Assembly (NCBI GenBank): GCA_043228905.1
Contig: JBHGNT010000006.1
Span: 9,052,001-9,116,000 of the forward strand
DNA from: Azolla caroliniana
Taxonomy: Eukaryota > Plantae > Polypodiophyta
Length of the DNA stretch: 64,000 bases
Reading direction: 5' to 3'
Shown here one piece after another: positions 38,801-50,070 of the stretch (the stretch's first letter is position 1; every line of letters starts with the position of its first letter). Position numbers and translations under genes: made by a program. The notes under the pieces are model-generated. The model had not been told where the DNA came from, ran no database searches, and was given only the letters and a program-made list of their open reading frames with translations.

Positions 38801-40417
38801 ATCTTCTTGGTTATGTGGCTTCTCTTCATGGTGATGTGATGAACCAGGATCCTTTTCACCAACATCCGACTGTTTTTTTCCTTCGGCCTTATGAGAGGAA
38901 AATTTGTTCACGTTGTTCAAAACCTCTTTAAGTGATTCATTGGCTTTATCCAGAACCTCTCCAGTTAATTTTGGATCAACGAATTGTGCGGTGTGAGTTT
39001 GCAAAAAGTTCTTGACCAAACCAAGAGTTGCTTGAGGAAAGACAGCTTTCAATAGATTTTCAATATCCACATTGGGAATATCATTACCATTATTATTACG
39101 ACTGTTGTTCTTGTCATCATTATTATTCTCCACCGAGGAGGGTTTTGCTTCATGAGCTTTTTCTTTACTTTTTTGTTTCTCACTAGGGACTTGAACCTCA
39201 AGTCGGAGTGGATTTAATCGCTGAACAACACATGCATCAACGAGATCTTGATCATCACCAAGAGTTATCACATCATTTTCTTTGTCGCTGTAAGTGATAA
39301 TGAGAGGGGTACTTGGGGAGAGGTTAAACAGATCCCTTATCTTTGATTCCAATGCTCTTAAAGTGAGCGAGAATGTTAGTTCATTCCATGCTTCTTCGGG
39401 AACAACCCATCTGCGGAGGGTGTCCTCATACTTGATCTGTTAGGAGAAAGGTGATATACAAATGAGCACTGTATACATAATCATCCCTCTGAAATTTGAA
39501 ATTTGAAATTTTTCACTTGAAGTCCATACAAATGGGCATTATACAATCCCTACCATCTCCACAGAATTTGAGATTTTTCACAAGACTGCCATACGAATGA
39601 GTATATACACATAAAAAACATGTTAACCAAACAAAAAACCACATATTCCCCATGAAAATTTGAGATTTTTCAAATAATCAGAACCTCAAAACTTAATAAA
39701 GGTCATTAGGAAAAAGAACTCTAAATATTCATTGTTCACGTCATCATAAACCCATGAGTTAAAGTTTTAACTGGTGTGAAGAAACTCTAAATCATATAAT
39801 CCGAATTTCAAAACGTTTAACTCACTTGAGACACACAGGCAACCACCATAAATCTACATAACCATAATTTCACACAATCCCCACTAATTTTAAGAAACTC
39901 TAAATCATATATAATCAGAATTTCAATACTTCCTAACTCATTTGAAAAACACAGGCAACCACCGCTAATTCTGAGTAACCCTAGACCACACAATTCCCAC
40001 AAAGTTTAAGAAACCCTAAACTCGTGCGATCACCACCCATTGAAATAAACCTTTATTGATAGATCCCCCCACTTGTTCTTAGAAAAAGACCCTAAAAATT
40101 GCCACATATTCATTCCTATCAATTTATTTTGAGATTCTTCACATAATCATAAGCTCACAACTCTAAATTCACATAAAGCCTGACGAGCACTTGTGATACT
40201 TCGTATATACTCAGGCCCAAAAGAAGCTCAAAACACTTCCTAAAACAAGGGAAAGAAAAGTACCAAAAGCAAAGCACTTGTGATACTTCGTATATACTCA
40301 GGCCCAAAAGAAGCTCAAAACACTTCCTAAAACAAGGGAAAGAAAATTACCAAAAGCAAAGCAAACAGATAAACAGGGGCAAATAAAGGCAGGATTCACC
40401 TTCAGAACGAGCGCCAT
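35815..40417 (-). CDS. NBR1: NBR1/Joka2-like selective autophagy receptor, copy A, 713 aa (PB1-ZZ-FW-UBA-UBA). Exons 40417-40400, 39436-38712, 38102-37946, 37757-37446, 37127-36297, 35913-35815
   Basis: GT..AG introns in consistent phase (2142 nt total). PB1 with basic K and OPCA motif (YSDKENDVITLGDDQDL); ZZ finger CDVC..GPRYKS..YDLCFSCF; FW domain LDARFVKDVTIFDGT..FTKIW..HWRL; two UBA domains (LESMGF, LEEMGF). Confidence 0.93.
40186..40363. repeat. 87-bp direct tandem duplication in NBR1-A intron 1
   Basis: agcacttgtgatacttcg...accaaaagcaa repeated at 40186 and 40273 with one substitution. Confidence 0.9.
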
Positions 40418-41081
40418 AGAAACAGATGATCCGATAGAGAGAGAGAGCTGGGTTTGATGAAGCTTAATAATTAGAGGCAGATAGATGAGAGTGGAAGAAG
40501 AATACGTTCCAGTGAGCCGCACTCTACGCAGAGAGACGATGATGAAGATCTTAGATAAGGATGAAGGAAAGACAGAAGAGAGAGGAGGGTGTTTTTATAG
40601 GCACAAAAAAGAAATGCCCCCCCCCCCTCTCTTTTCTTGCGATACCGACCGACAGCCGTGCTCTGCACTTCACGTTTTGCTTCCTTCACGTATACATACG
40701 TACATATACGAATATACGTACGTACATGTATACATATGTATATACGTATGTATGTATGTATGTTTGCACCCAAATCATAAAGAGGCCTTCCTGGCGAGGG
40801 AATCGCAGCAAGAGACGGTGCAAGATGCATTTCCGAGGACGCGTGCAATCCCCACCATCAGATCTTTTATCAAAAACAAGCACATGCAATCTGCACCATC
40901 GGATAGATGTACATCCTTGTAATCCATCTTACAGTTATGTATATGCATTGCCTTTTCTCTGATGCATATGTCCTTACCGAACACTTTCGCACCAGATTTA
41001 CGCGGCCCACTCTCGCTCTTCAAGTGTGGCCAAAATTCGGCGAGGATCAAATCTTGGACATGTCTAGCGTCTGAGTCATGG

Positions 41082-43794
41082 TACCTGAGGTTGGGTCGAG
41101 TGATTGTGAGATAGATGAGGCTCTCGATCAGCTGTCGGTATTGAGTCGGCCCACACTCGTCTGTACCGGAGTCGGCAGTTTGCTTTAGATTCCGATCGAG
41201 ATGGGTTGCCACAGACTTACACTCAATCATCCCGAACTTGTACAACAAGTTAAGGATGTAGTGTCGTTGAGAGATCATAATGGCAGTTGGAGTCCGAATT
41301 ACCTAGATGCCAAGGAAGTAATGGAGCTCCTTCCAGTATATTTTCATCTCCAATGACTAGATCATCTACATATATGATAATGACAATCGGACTTCCAACA
41401 TCACTTCTTATGTAGAGGGAGTTGTCAGATTTTGACATTCTAAAGCCGATTTGATGAAGATATTGTGTTATCTTTGAATGCCAAGCACGTGGTGCTTGCT
41501 TAAGGCCGTAGAGTGGCTTCTTTAGTCGACAAACTGCTTTCGGATGGGTGCTCGATTCGAAGCCGGGTGGTTGTACCATGTACACCTCCTCTTCTAATTC
41601 GCCTTGAAGAAAGGCATTCTTGACATCCATTTGATGGAGGTGTCACCCTTTCGCCACTACAAGTGCAATCACGGTTCACACATTTGTCATCTTAACCACC
41701 GGGGCAAAGGTCTCTTCATAGTCGACTCCATGTGTTTGTGTGCATCCTTTCGCTAGGAGCCGTGCTTTGTAGCTATTGATGGAGCTGTCAGCATTATACT
41801 TCACTTTGTAAATCCACCTACAACCGATCGCCTTTTTGTGTGGTGAGTGGGGAACGAGATCCTATGTCTTGTTCTTGCATAGTGCTCGCATCTCCTCGTT
41901 CATTGCTTCAACCCATCGTGGATCCTTGGCTACTTCAGAAAAAATTTCCGGTTCACGAATTGTCGCCACCTTCATCCTAAAGGCATAGTGATATGCCATA
42001 TAGTCGTTGTATCTGAATCAACTAACTAGAACTTCTATCGGGTGGAGCGATAGAGTTTCTCATTTGCCAATGTAAGTCCTTTCTTAACTCTGAGTGACCT
42101 CAAAGAGGCATCGAATTCATCAAGTTCACTATCGAGTGAGTGAGCCGACTCATTGTTGTCGAATTGATTGTCTTCATATTCCGGCATTTTGGCCTTGCCT
42201 TTGTCCATCATCATACTTGGTTGAGATGTGCTCTGGTTGCTCAGGGGCTCTTGTGGCCCACTGAGCTTGGTCGTGATCGGACTTTCCTCAAACATATGCC
42301 TCAGTTGATCTTCGTCTTCTATCTAATAATCAGCAACGGTTTGGTTTGAACCAAACCGAACCGCGAAATGGTTTCAACAGTAAAAAACCGCGGTTTAACG
42401 GTTTTTTTTTTTAAAAAAAATTTTAATTTAAAAATTTGTTTTTAAACGATCTTTTCATTTTTACACCTTATTCTCACATTTTAGGAACATCTTAAAAATT
42501 CTAAATAATGAAATATTATAAATTTTAAAAAAATTAAAAATTTGACCTATGTTGAAAACCGAAACCGAACCACGAAAAACTGTGGTTTGTACGGTTTGAA
42601 AAATGTTTAACGGTTTGGTTTCACAGTTCAGTTCAGGTTAAAAAATTAAAACGGTTCGGTTCCAAACTGGTTCGGTTTGGACCCTCTCAAACCGAACCGA
42701 ACTATTGCCGATTGTTACTTCTATCTCTTGGTTGGCCAAGTTCGGGTCGACTGGAAATGATTCGGGAGGAGTCGGCTTCGATTCATACCATGATGCCGAT
42801 TCGTCAAAGACGACATCTCGATTTACACGAACCTCCGAGTAGAGGGGTTGAAGCACTTGTACCCCTTTTGCTCCAGTGAGTACCCTACGAGGATACACTT
42901 CTCCGACTTGGGATCTAGATTTTGCCGCTTTTTGTCGGGAATATGCACGTATGCGATTGAGCCGAATATCCTTACATGGGATAGGTCTGACTTCTTTCCA
43001 TAATACTTCTCGTGAGTAGTGACCTCGTGCACACCGGATGTTGTGCACTGGTTCATGAGGTAGATGGCGGTATTTGCAACTTCTACCCAATATGACTTGG
43101 GCATATGTTTCTCGTTCAACATGGCCCTTGCTACTTCGAGGATGTGCCGATTCTTGCGTTCAGCTACACCGTTCTATTGCAGTGTGTGTCAGCAAGTGAA
43201 TTCTCACCGAATTCCTTCTTGTTGAAGGTATGCCATGAACGCATCGAAGAAGTATTCCTTTCCTATGTTCGACCGAACACATTGTACATGGTGCCCAATT
43301 GTCTTTTCGACTTTGCTTTTGAATTTATGGAAGTGTGTAAACACTTTGCTCTTCATCCTCATGGGAAAGATCCATTTGTATCTAGAGAAGTCGTCGATGA
43401 AGGTAACATAGTACCAACATCCTCCGAATGTGGTCATCTGTACCGGTCCCCACACATTTGAGTGGCCTATGTCCAATAGGCCTTTGCTCACATTCCTCTC
43501 TTCTGAGAACAAGTGCCGATGTTGCTTGCCGAATTGGCATGCTCCACATACTCCATTTATTTCCTTTCCTTTAAATGTAGGGAGTCTAATGAATACTCCT
43601 TTTGATTGCATCCCCTTGAGCTTTTGGAGGTTGATATGGCTCATTCTTTTGTGCCATAGCTCTATGTCGGTGTCGGCTTTGAGGCCCTTTGCAAACATGG
43701 CCAATTTCACCTCGTTTGACTCGAGGATAAACATTCAAGCTTCCCTTCGACCCCGAGCTATGAGTCGGCCTTCCTTCTCGATGAAGCAACCACC
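41082..43794 (-). mobile_element. Ty1/copia element, internal part (GAG-pre-integrase, integrase, RT), decayed and 3'-truncated
   Basis: [70 protein letters not shown]; copia domain order; multiple stops and frameshifts. Confidence 0.92.
42324..42717. mobile_element. hAT-type MITE inserted in the copia element
   Basis: 8-bp TSD CTTCTATC (42316-42323, 42718-42725); imperfect TIR TAATAATCAGCAACGG / reverse complement TAACAATCGGCAATAG; many AACCG/CGGTT subterminal repeats; AT-rich core. Confidence 0.9.
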
Positions 43795-46700
43795 TGTCAG
43801 GAATAGTACTAAAGAGAGAGAGAATTAGTACTAGAAAAGAGAAGTACTATTAGTACTAAGAGGACGGGATTGCGTAAGATTCCCGAGAGAGGAAGAGAGA
43901 AGAGGAGAGAGAGAGAGATAGCGAGAATGAGAGAGAGAGAAAGATGATGACAACAGCTAATATATTATGTGAAAGATAAGTACAAAGTGGTTAAGAGGCT
44001 TAAGACTGGCGTTGAACCAATTTGGTTCAAAACAATACCTTGTGCCTCCTTTTATAGTGTTTTTAGGAATAATCCTGAAGCTTCTAGAATGTTCCGGAGA
44101 GATCTGGAATATACATCAATTTTCTATGATAAAGCATAATGAAAATAATATCCTACAAATTACAATTCATAGTCTAATGGTAAGAGCTCGACCCATGTAG
44201 CATAAGATCATGGGTTCGAGTCTTGCCATATCATGGCACTATCTCCCCCTTAAAGACGACGAGTAGAACGAGTTGGCGCTGATTGCGGACCGGGTTTGTC
44301 GAGATACTTTCGGTGGAAATCAGCAAGAAGATCTTGAGCATTGGCAACATGCTCGACGGGTTCCCAAGTACGTTCGCTCGGACTATAACCGAGCCAATCG
44401 ACCAAATGATAAAGTTTGTTGCGAACAAGTTTGGAATCGAGGATAGCAACAACTTCATACTCCGGGCCGGCGTCCAACTCCAGTGGGGGCGGTGGCAGTG
44501 TAACACGATCAGGTATGGTGTTTGCTTTATAAGGTTCAAGAAGAGAACAATGGAAAACCGGATGTATCTGAAGTTGCGAAGGGAGATCAAGGCAGAATGT
44601 GACATCATTAAACTTACCCGTAATACGGAAAGGACCGAGTCGTCGATAATCCAACTTGTCGCACGGTCGAGTAGTCTTGATGTGACGACGTAAGAGCCAT
44701 ACTCGATCTCCGATGGCAAAAGAGGAGGGAATCCGATGACGATCCGCATAAGTCTTCTGTGTGTGTTGAGCATGAAGAAGGTGAGTAGAGAGATCCATCT
44801 GGATCTTGCGTAGCCTCTCCAAATGATCCTCGGCACGAGGGTTGGTAGGTAGCTCCGGGGTGTCGATCACCGACCAGCAAGGATGAAAACCAGTATAAGC
44901 GAAAAATGGGGAGACCCGAGTCGAGGAGTGAATAACATTATTATACGCAAACTCCGCAAAGTGGAGAATCTCAACCCAATCGTCCTGTTGATAACTCAGG
45001 AAACACCGGAGATATTGTTCTAGTGTTTGGTTTGTTCGTTCCGCCTACCCATCGGTCTGAGGATGGTAGCCGGAGGAAAGGTTGCAAGAGACCTTGAGCA
45101 TCTTGAAGAGATGTTGCCAAAATTTGGAGATGAATTGAGGTCCTCGGTCACTGATGATACTGTCTGGGAGGCCGTGATGCCGAAATACCTCACGCATGAC
45201 GAGGGCGGCGGTTTCCTCGCTAGTGATGGCCTTAGTACACGGCACAAAATGTGTCATCTTCGTATATCGATCGACGATGGTTAAGATAGCATCGAACCCC
45301 TTCGAGACCGGCAAATTAGTGATAAAATCAAGACAAATAGATTGCCACGGCTTACTTGGAATCGGTAAGGGTTCCAACAAGCCATATGGATGGTGTCGTG
45401 ACATCTTTGCTCGACAACAAGCATCACACGTCCGAACGTAGTCGTCGACAAAACGGCGCATGTAGGGCCACCAAAAAGATCGTTGCACTAGATCCAATGT
45501 CTTAGTACTACCGAAATGTCCCGCCGTATGGGTGTCGTGACAATTCTAGACGGTTTGAAGGCGACAGGAGCAATCGGGGACATATACGCGCTTTTTAAAG
45601 AATAACAAACCATCATGATATTCGAATTGTTGGTAGTCAATACCTGGTTGTTGAGACTGAGAACAGGATGGCCGAGAAGTATTAATGTGCGCCAGGATGT
45701 CTTGAGCAAAACTATCCGTCTTCAAGTTTGCACGTATGTCATCGGTAATCCGTGAATCCATCAGGGTTTGAAAAATCCGCGTTGTGTGCAATCGTGTTGG
45801 TCCCAAGATTACTTGCTTTTGATTATCAAATGTTGGATCACCAGGATGAGGTGTAAGATATGAACGCCGTGATAGTGCATCTGCTTTTCCTTGCTGCTTC
45901 CCCGGTTGATATGTGATTTTGAAGTCGAAACGTGTGAGGAATTGAGCCCACCGAGCTTGCCGTCGGTTTAGTACACGAGTGTTCTGGAAATAAGCAAGAT
46001 TTTTATGATCACTATAGACAATGACCTGATGTGGAGAGCCCTCTAAGAAATGCCGCCATTGCACAAATGAATCCACGATGGCTACTAACTCCTTGTCATG
46101 TATTTCATAGTTGATTTCCGCGACATCGAATTTGCGCGAATGGAAAGCCACAGGATGTAACTCTTCTTTATCTCCTTGTTGAGAAAGGATGCTACCGAGG
46201 GCAAAATCTGATGCGTCGGCCTCCATGATGAATGGTTTGCTTGTATCCACATGAGCTAGAATCGGTGCTGATGTAAAGGATTTCTTAAGATGCCGAAAAG
46301 CCATATCTGCTTCATTGGACCAAAGAAATGCTTGTCCCTTCTTCGTAAGTTGTGTGAGAGGTAAAATAATCTTTGAGTAATCCTGTATAAACTTATGGTA
46401 GAAGTTAGCAAAACCTAGAAAACATTGTACATCTCGTATCGACCGTGGAATTTGCCACTCTAGTACAGTTTGGACTTTAGCTGGATCTATGGCGATGCCC
46501 TTTAAGGAGATGACGTAGCCTAGAAATTCCACTTGCTTGCAGTCAAAGCTACATTTTTCTAGCTTGGCATAAAGACCATTCTTGCGGAGTCGCTTTAGTA
46601 CTAATAGTACATGAGAATCGTGCTCTTCCTGGGTCTTCGAATAAATCAATAGATCATCCAGATAGATGATCAAACAGATATCCAAGAGGTCTTTGAATAT

Positions 46701-47368
46701 ATCATTTGCCATGTGTTGGAAGACTGCGGGTGCATTGGTTAGGCCGAATGGCATAACAGTATACTCGAAATACCCATACCGCGTGCGAAAGGCAGTCTTC
46801 CATTCATCTCCCGGTCGGATCCGCACGAGGTTATACGCTCCTCGTAGATCGAGTTTGGTAAAAACTTGGCACCATTAACTCGCTCCAAAAGACTTGATAT
46901 AAGAGGAATTGCATACCTATTCCGGATGGTGACCTTATTCAATCCGCGGTAATCAACGACGAGATGAAGTGAGCCATCTTTCTTCTTGACAAAGAAGATG
47001 GGTGCACCGGCCGGAGATTTCGAATGACGGATGAACCCGCTTGCCAAATTCTCCTCTATGTAGGCTCGAAGGACTTCTAACTTGGTGGGTGACAAGTTGT
47101 AAATTGGTCCCCATGGTGGCTCAGTTCCTGGTTGTAAATCGATGGGACAGTCATAGGGACGGTGATGAGGAAGGGTACCGGCGTTTACCTTGTCAAATAC
47201 ATTGGCATAAGGATGATATTTTGGCGGAAGTTGTACTGAGGATTCCTTCTTAATAGTGCTGGAAGGATGTACTGATCTTGCAAATAGGAACATTGTCTCC
47301 TTGTGTTCTTCTTCGCGTAATTGATGGAGTGAAATGGTCGAAACTCGGTGAGTAGATTCTTGGGGTTG
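43795..47368 (-). mobile_element. Ty3/gypsy chromovirus (Tcn1-like), 5'-truncated: RT-RNaseH-INT-chromodomain, PPT, 3' LTR 43795-44238
   Basis: VDYRGLNK, KTAFRTRYG, MPFGLTNAP, YLDD, DASDFALG, NYEIHDKEL, DRGPQF, HPQTDG, HPVFH; chromodomain YEVVAILD..YHLVDWLGY..TWEP; PPT AAGGGGGAGATAG adjacent to LTR TGCCA...TGACA. Confidence 0.93.
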
Positions 47369-50070
47369 TTGACTAAGGTAACAGAAGTGCGTGAGCCGGA
47401 GAGCTACGCAGAAGCGGCAAAGGACGCAAATTGGCGTGCCGCTATGGACGAAGAAATGCGGGCACTCGATGCCAACGAAACTTGGGACCTAGTTGATCCT
47501 CCCCGTCACTGTAAACCGATCGGATGCAAGTGGGTGTACAAGGTCAAGTACAACACCGACGGTTCTGTTAACCGGTACAAAGCCCGGTTAGTGGCGAAGG
47601 GATACGCGTAGACCCACGGTATCGACTACGACGAGACCTTCGCTCCTGTGGCGAAGATGACGACGGTTCGTGTGGTACTGGCGGTTGCTGCGGCAAGGGG
47701 GTGGCATCTTCACCAGATAGATGTGAAGAACGCCTTCCTTCAAGGAGAGCTTGAAGAAGAAGTCTTTATGACTCAACCCCCGGATTTCAATCGGAGATGA
47801 ACAAGTCGGTCGTATGCCGACTGAAGAAGTCGCTTTACGGCTTGAAGCAAGCCCCCCGAGCTTGGAACGCGAAGATCACGCACCGGTTGCGTAAGTTGGG
47901 GTTTGCTGTCTCTAAGTCGGACTCTTCGTTGTTCATCCGGCAAGGCTCTGACAGTTCGGTATGTATACTCTTGTATGTGGATGATTTAGTCATCACCAGA
48001 CCAGGTCTTCCCGAAATCAACCGCGTCAAGTCCCAGTTGTTGGACGCATTCGAAATGAAGGACCTGGGGGACCTTCATTATTTTCTTGGGATCAAAGTGA
48101 TCCGGACCCCCGACGGCATATTGCTCTCACAACGACATTACGTGTTGAATATGCTGTATAAGTTCGGTATGACGGATTGCCGACCTGTCTCCACACCCCT
48201 GGACCGGAACCAGAAGCTTCGTCCCAACTCTGGACCGGCCTGCAATGAGAAACGGTTCCGACAGGTTGTCGGAAGCCTGATCTACTTAACCATCACCCGA
48301 CCCGACATCAGCTATCCGGTCGGCATGGTAAGTCAGTTCATGCAGAAGCCGACCGTGGAGCACCTTCAGTGCACGCAACGAATATTACGATATGTCAGCG
48401 GCACTAAGGACCGGGGACTGCTATACCGGCGAGGTATACCCAAAGAGCTTGTTGGTTACACAGATGCTGACTGGGCTGGCGATGCGTTTGATCGCCGCTC
48501 CACTTCCGGATACATGTTCTCCATAGGTAGCGCGACCGTTGCGTGCAGCAGCAAGAAGTAGCCCACAGTGGCTTTGTCAAGCACTGAGGCTGAGTACCGG
48601 GTCGCTACCGTTGCCACTTGTGAAGCCATCTGGCTTCAACAACTGCTGCGAGACTTGCGGATCGAGGTACCGACCCCGATCCCGATTTACTGCGATAACA
48701 TGAGCAGCCTGCAGCTCGCCAGGAACCCTGTGTTCCATGCTCGTACAAAGCACATCGAGGTGCACTACCACTTCGTGCGTGAGCGGGTCCTGAGCGGTGA
48801 AGTTGACCTACGGTATGTTCATACGGATCGGCAAGTTGCCGACATCTTCACCAAGCCGCTCGGATCGGACAAGTTGCAGCACTTTATCGACATGCTTGGT
48901 ATTCAACATCTCGACGTGCCGCACTTGAGGGGGAGACGCAAGGGCAAAGTCTATCGAAACGGGCAAAGGCCAAAAAAATTGTTGAACCCGTCGGTAAGAG
49001 GAGAGCCGGAAGAAGAGGAGACCAGAAGATGAAGGAAGCCGAGTCGACAAAGGAAGTCGACACATCCGAACAGGTCGGAGCAAGCGGCTGTGAAGAAGAG
49101 TTGTGCACTCAGGAAGAGAAGTGCATGTTGTGCGGAGGTCATCACGACGGTACTGACCATGATACAGAGTCGAATGAAGAATTCGATTTCGGTTCACCGG
49201 CTGAAGAAGCCGAGGGAAGCATGGAGAAGGCCAAGACTCGGAAGTGGTCCGATGTGGTGAGAGGCCTGAAGCCGGAAGTCGAATCGGAGTGTACCGATTC
49301 GGACAAGAGCTGGAACGAGTCGGAGATAGCTGACTCGGATCAACAGATGGATCCGGATGAGTCGGATCGACTGAAGGCCAAGGGGACACAGACACAGCGG
49401 AAGTCGATGCCATCGTGGGAGAACCGACGGATCGGCAAGCGCCGGAGTCACAGCAACGTGAGTGCTGAGATGGGCCTATTGAGCAGACATGCCGACCGAG
49501 AGGGTCGAGGCGCGCAGAACCAAAGGGGTCGCGGCAAACGGGACCGGACCGGACGAGGAGCGCGAGCAAGGCGGAGTGACGCCAGGAGAAGTCGGTTGGA
49601 AGAACCGACTGCCACAGAGGTCGACACTACGACCCCACCTCAGGTTGAGCTTGAGGGGGAGTGTTGAGCGGCAAGCTCAACCGAAGCCGGATCGGCTGAA
49701 TAAGCCGGAGCCGGTAAGCGAGACGGATCGGGCGAAACGGATCGGTATGACGATGAGCAACTGAACCGGCAAGCAGTGGAGGCCGAGTGCAATCCGTAAC
49801 CGGAAGTCCAATCAGAAGCCTAGTATAGGATAGACTACTAGGTAGCTATAGTCTCGTAGTAAGTGTTAGATGCTCGTGTGAGCATTGAAGTACATGGTAC
49901 TTCTGTCAGTCACAAGAGGACTTGTATAAATAGTGCTACTTAGCACAATGTGTATACAGAGTCTCGACATAATTTTGAAATTGTGTTCTGCTCTCTCTGT
50001 CTCTCTCGCTCTCTCTCTCTCTCTCTGTGTTGTTCTCTGTTTTACGCTTCCACAAACACTTACGTTTACA
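47369..50070 (+). mobile_element. Second Ty1/copia element, 5'-truncated: RT-RNaseH, extra 3' ORF, PPT and 3' LTR (49662-50070)
   Basis: [56 protein letters not shown]; PPT GAGGGGGAG, then LTR TGTTGAG...TTTACA. Confidence 0.93.
49029..49667 (+). CDS. Putative extra 3' ORF of the copia element (acidic N-half, basic C-half, 212 aa), function unknown
   Basis: Open ATG-started frame overlapping the pol stop and running through the PPT; contains CMLCGGHHDGTDH; no recognisable family. Confidence 0.4.
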   Translation: MKEAESTKEVDTSEQVGASGCEEELCTQEEKCMLCGGHHDGTDHDTESNEEFDFGSPAEEAEGSMEKAKTRKWSDVVRGLKPEVESECTDSDKSWNESEIADSDQQMDPDESDRLKAKGTQTQRKSMPSWENRRIGKRRSHSNVSAEMGLLSRHADREGRGAQNQRGRGKRDRTGRGARARRSDARRSRLEEPTATEVDTTTPPQVELEGEC

